Source of the DNA: a virus
Lineage: Duplodnaviria; Caudoviricetes
Length of the DNA: 54,627 nt
Direction: 5' to 3' (one strand)
Virus record (IMG/VR): IMGVR_UViG_3300027741_000082
Span: 1 to 54,627 of that record
The notes under the pieces were generated by a model that did no database searches, was not told the origin of the DNA, and saw nothing but the letters and a program-made list of their open reading frames with translations. Position numbers and translations under genes: made by a program. Numbering within the stretch: the first letter of the stretch is position 1; each line of letters begins with the position of its first letter. Shown piece by piece: positions 53,438 through 54,627 of the stretch.

Positions 53438-53712
53438 TGGTCCTCTCCCCTGTGCAAAGAAACAGCCATCCGAACGAACTCCTCTTCGAGAGCAAGGACA
53501 GCACGGTAGCGTTCGCCGAAGGCCTCGCGGGCCTCCGACAAATCGCCATGCTTGTAGATGTAGTCAGGTGGATAGTCGCGCCCGTGTGGCGAGGCTTTGG
53601 CAAGATTGTCCAGCAACTCGCGGGCGGTGTTCGCCACCGCCATGTACTGGTTGACCAGATCACAAACGGGTGTGCCGTTCAGATTTGGCGAGGGTTTAAC
53701 AAGCGGTTTCAT
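53434..53712 (-). CDS. Hypothetical protein
   Basis: AGAAAGGA RBS; LNGT..PHGRDYP. Confidence 0.75.
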   Translation of the reverse strand: MKPLVKPSPNLNGTPVCDLVNQYMAVANTARELLDNLAKASPHGRDYPPDYIYKHGDLSEAREAFGERYRAVLALEEEFVRMAVSLHRGEDQ

Positions 53713-53745
53713 GGTGGTTCCTTTCTATGGTGAATAATGGTGGTA

Positions 53746-54171
53746 TCAGGTGGGGTTTTCTACCATACCGAAACTCGACAGAACCGTCCGGTCCAGCTTC
53801 CAACATATGGCAAGGTCTTGGAGGCGGCGGAACAAGTCGGAGGCGGTGTCATCCCAGTAGTCATGAGCGTCTTGGAACTGTTGCAGGAAAAGGGTCAGCT
53901 GTTCATCCTCTATCGGAATGACCGAAGACAATGCGTCTTTTAGTGCAGGGTTCGCCATGTTCTGGCCTTCGAAGGCCTCGCAATACAGCTCGTCTGGGAT
54001 GATGAAGCCAATCGCACAGCGAAGCTCGCCTTCGTACCCACCGCGATAAGAGCACTGGGTGTGGTTTTCTATTTCCTCGTGCAGAGTTATAGACCTTTCC
54101 CCCTGCTCGAACAGCAGGGGGGTCACGTAGTCAAAGATCTCTTGGGCGGTGGCAAAGGTCTTGAAGGTCAT
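53746..54171 (-). CDS. Hypothetical protein (CxYR..CAIG)
   Basis: Start moved to MTFKTF after GGAGAAAG. Confidence 0.75.
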   Translation of the reverse strand: MTFKTFATAQEIFDYVTPLLFEQGERSITLHEEIENHTQCSYRGGYEGELRCAIGFIIPDELYCEAFEGQNMANPALKDALSSVIPIEDEQLTLFLQQFQDAHDYWDDTASDLFRRLQDLAICWKLDRTVLSSFGMVENPT

Positions 54172-54230
54172 GGTCTTTCTCCGGATTGTCAGATGTTTGG
54201 AAAGGGGGGCTTTTGGATTGTCTGACAACG

Positions 54231-54611
54231 TCAGCAGAGCTCGGCACTGGTGTCATACCAGCGGACCTGTTCATCGTTGTCGATGGGGATTTCATCATAA
54301 GGATCGATAACACAGTAGCTGATTGTGTCGTCAGCATCCTCGGCTGGACGGTCATAGGTCCAGTAGGGGATCTCGCCGCTGTCCTCTGCCTTTTGCACTG
54401 CGATGTCGCCGATGCGGTTCATCACGCGGGAGAAGTCGGATCCGCTAAGGCGGTTCATCAGATGCAACGCGCCCATGTCGAAGAGGTTTGCGGACTCGTT
54501 CTCGTAATAGCCCAGCTCGGGATTGATGCCAGTGGCGATCATCATCTCGATGATCTGCTCGGTGGTCTTGCGGTAGAGGTCGCGGTACATCTGCTCTGCG
54601 GTGTAAGACAT
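54231..54611 (-). CDS. Acidic hypothetical protein, first gene after the promoter at 161-189
   Basis: AGAAAGGA RBS; 5' end lies in the terminal repeat. Confidence 0.75.
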   Translation of the reverse strand: MSYTAEQMYRDLYRKTTEQIIEMMIATGINPELGYYENESANLFDMGALHLMNRLSGSDFSRVMNRIGDIAVQKAEDSGEIPYWTYDRPAEDADDTISYCVIDPYDEIPIDNDEQVRWYDTSAELC

Positions 54612-54627
54612 GGGGTCATCCTTTCTG
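54490..54627. repeat. Terminal direct repeat, right copy
   Basis: Matches 1-138. Confidence 0.95.

Noticed and set aside
54186-54228. Intergenic inverted repeat TTGTCAGA/TCTGACAA as a terminator or RNase III site
   Set aside because: Only 8 bp with a 27-nt poorly paired interior and no U-tract
1-54627. tRNA genes, integrase/att site, introns or inteins, stop-codon recoding
   Set aside because: No cloverleaf or recombinase motifs noticed; terL, polA and the helicases are uninterrupted and of normal length in the standard code

Overview
The window looks like a complete, circularly assembled ~54.5 kb dsDNA tailed-phage genome (Caudoviricetes, podovirus-like gene set): the first 138 nt recur at the end. 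Layout: terS and a PD-(D/E)XK nuclease (+); a minus-strand cassette of small early-type genes with repeated promoters, hairpins and GANTC repeats (1.6-5.0 kb); a long + strand morphogenesis and lysis operon (terL, portal, transglycosylase fusion, holin, GroES, scaffold, Mu-gpT-like major capsid, tail, tail fibre with S74 chaperone, internal virion proteins, a 1785-aa polyvalent protein, muramidase; 5.2-38.2 kb); a replication module (SNF2 helicase, AEP primase, UvrD, Leu762-type PolA; 38.2-46.6 kb); and a second minus-strand accessory region (46.6-54.6 kb) encoding a GcrA homologue, a stand-alone OmpR/CtrA-type winged helix, an SGNH hydrolase and many small proteins. GcrA points to an alphaproteobacterial host (inference). 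I saw no integrase, tRNA or CRISPR array. Most notable: (1) a same-strand array of CG-N3-GANTC repeats, several followed by -10-like boxes, in a phage that encodes GcrA, a possible methylation-gated transcription switch; (2) a 72-bp inverted repeat upstream of terS; (3) a TTGACA-N-TGTCAA palindrome over four early promoters; (4) several pseudoknot or switch-like RNA elements; (5) a recurrent hydrophobic-x-x-GG peptide tag in many late proteins; (6) a transglycosylase / ART-like fusion at the edge of an AT-rich island. All product calls come from motif recognition by eye, not database searches.
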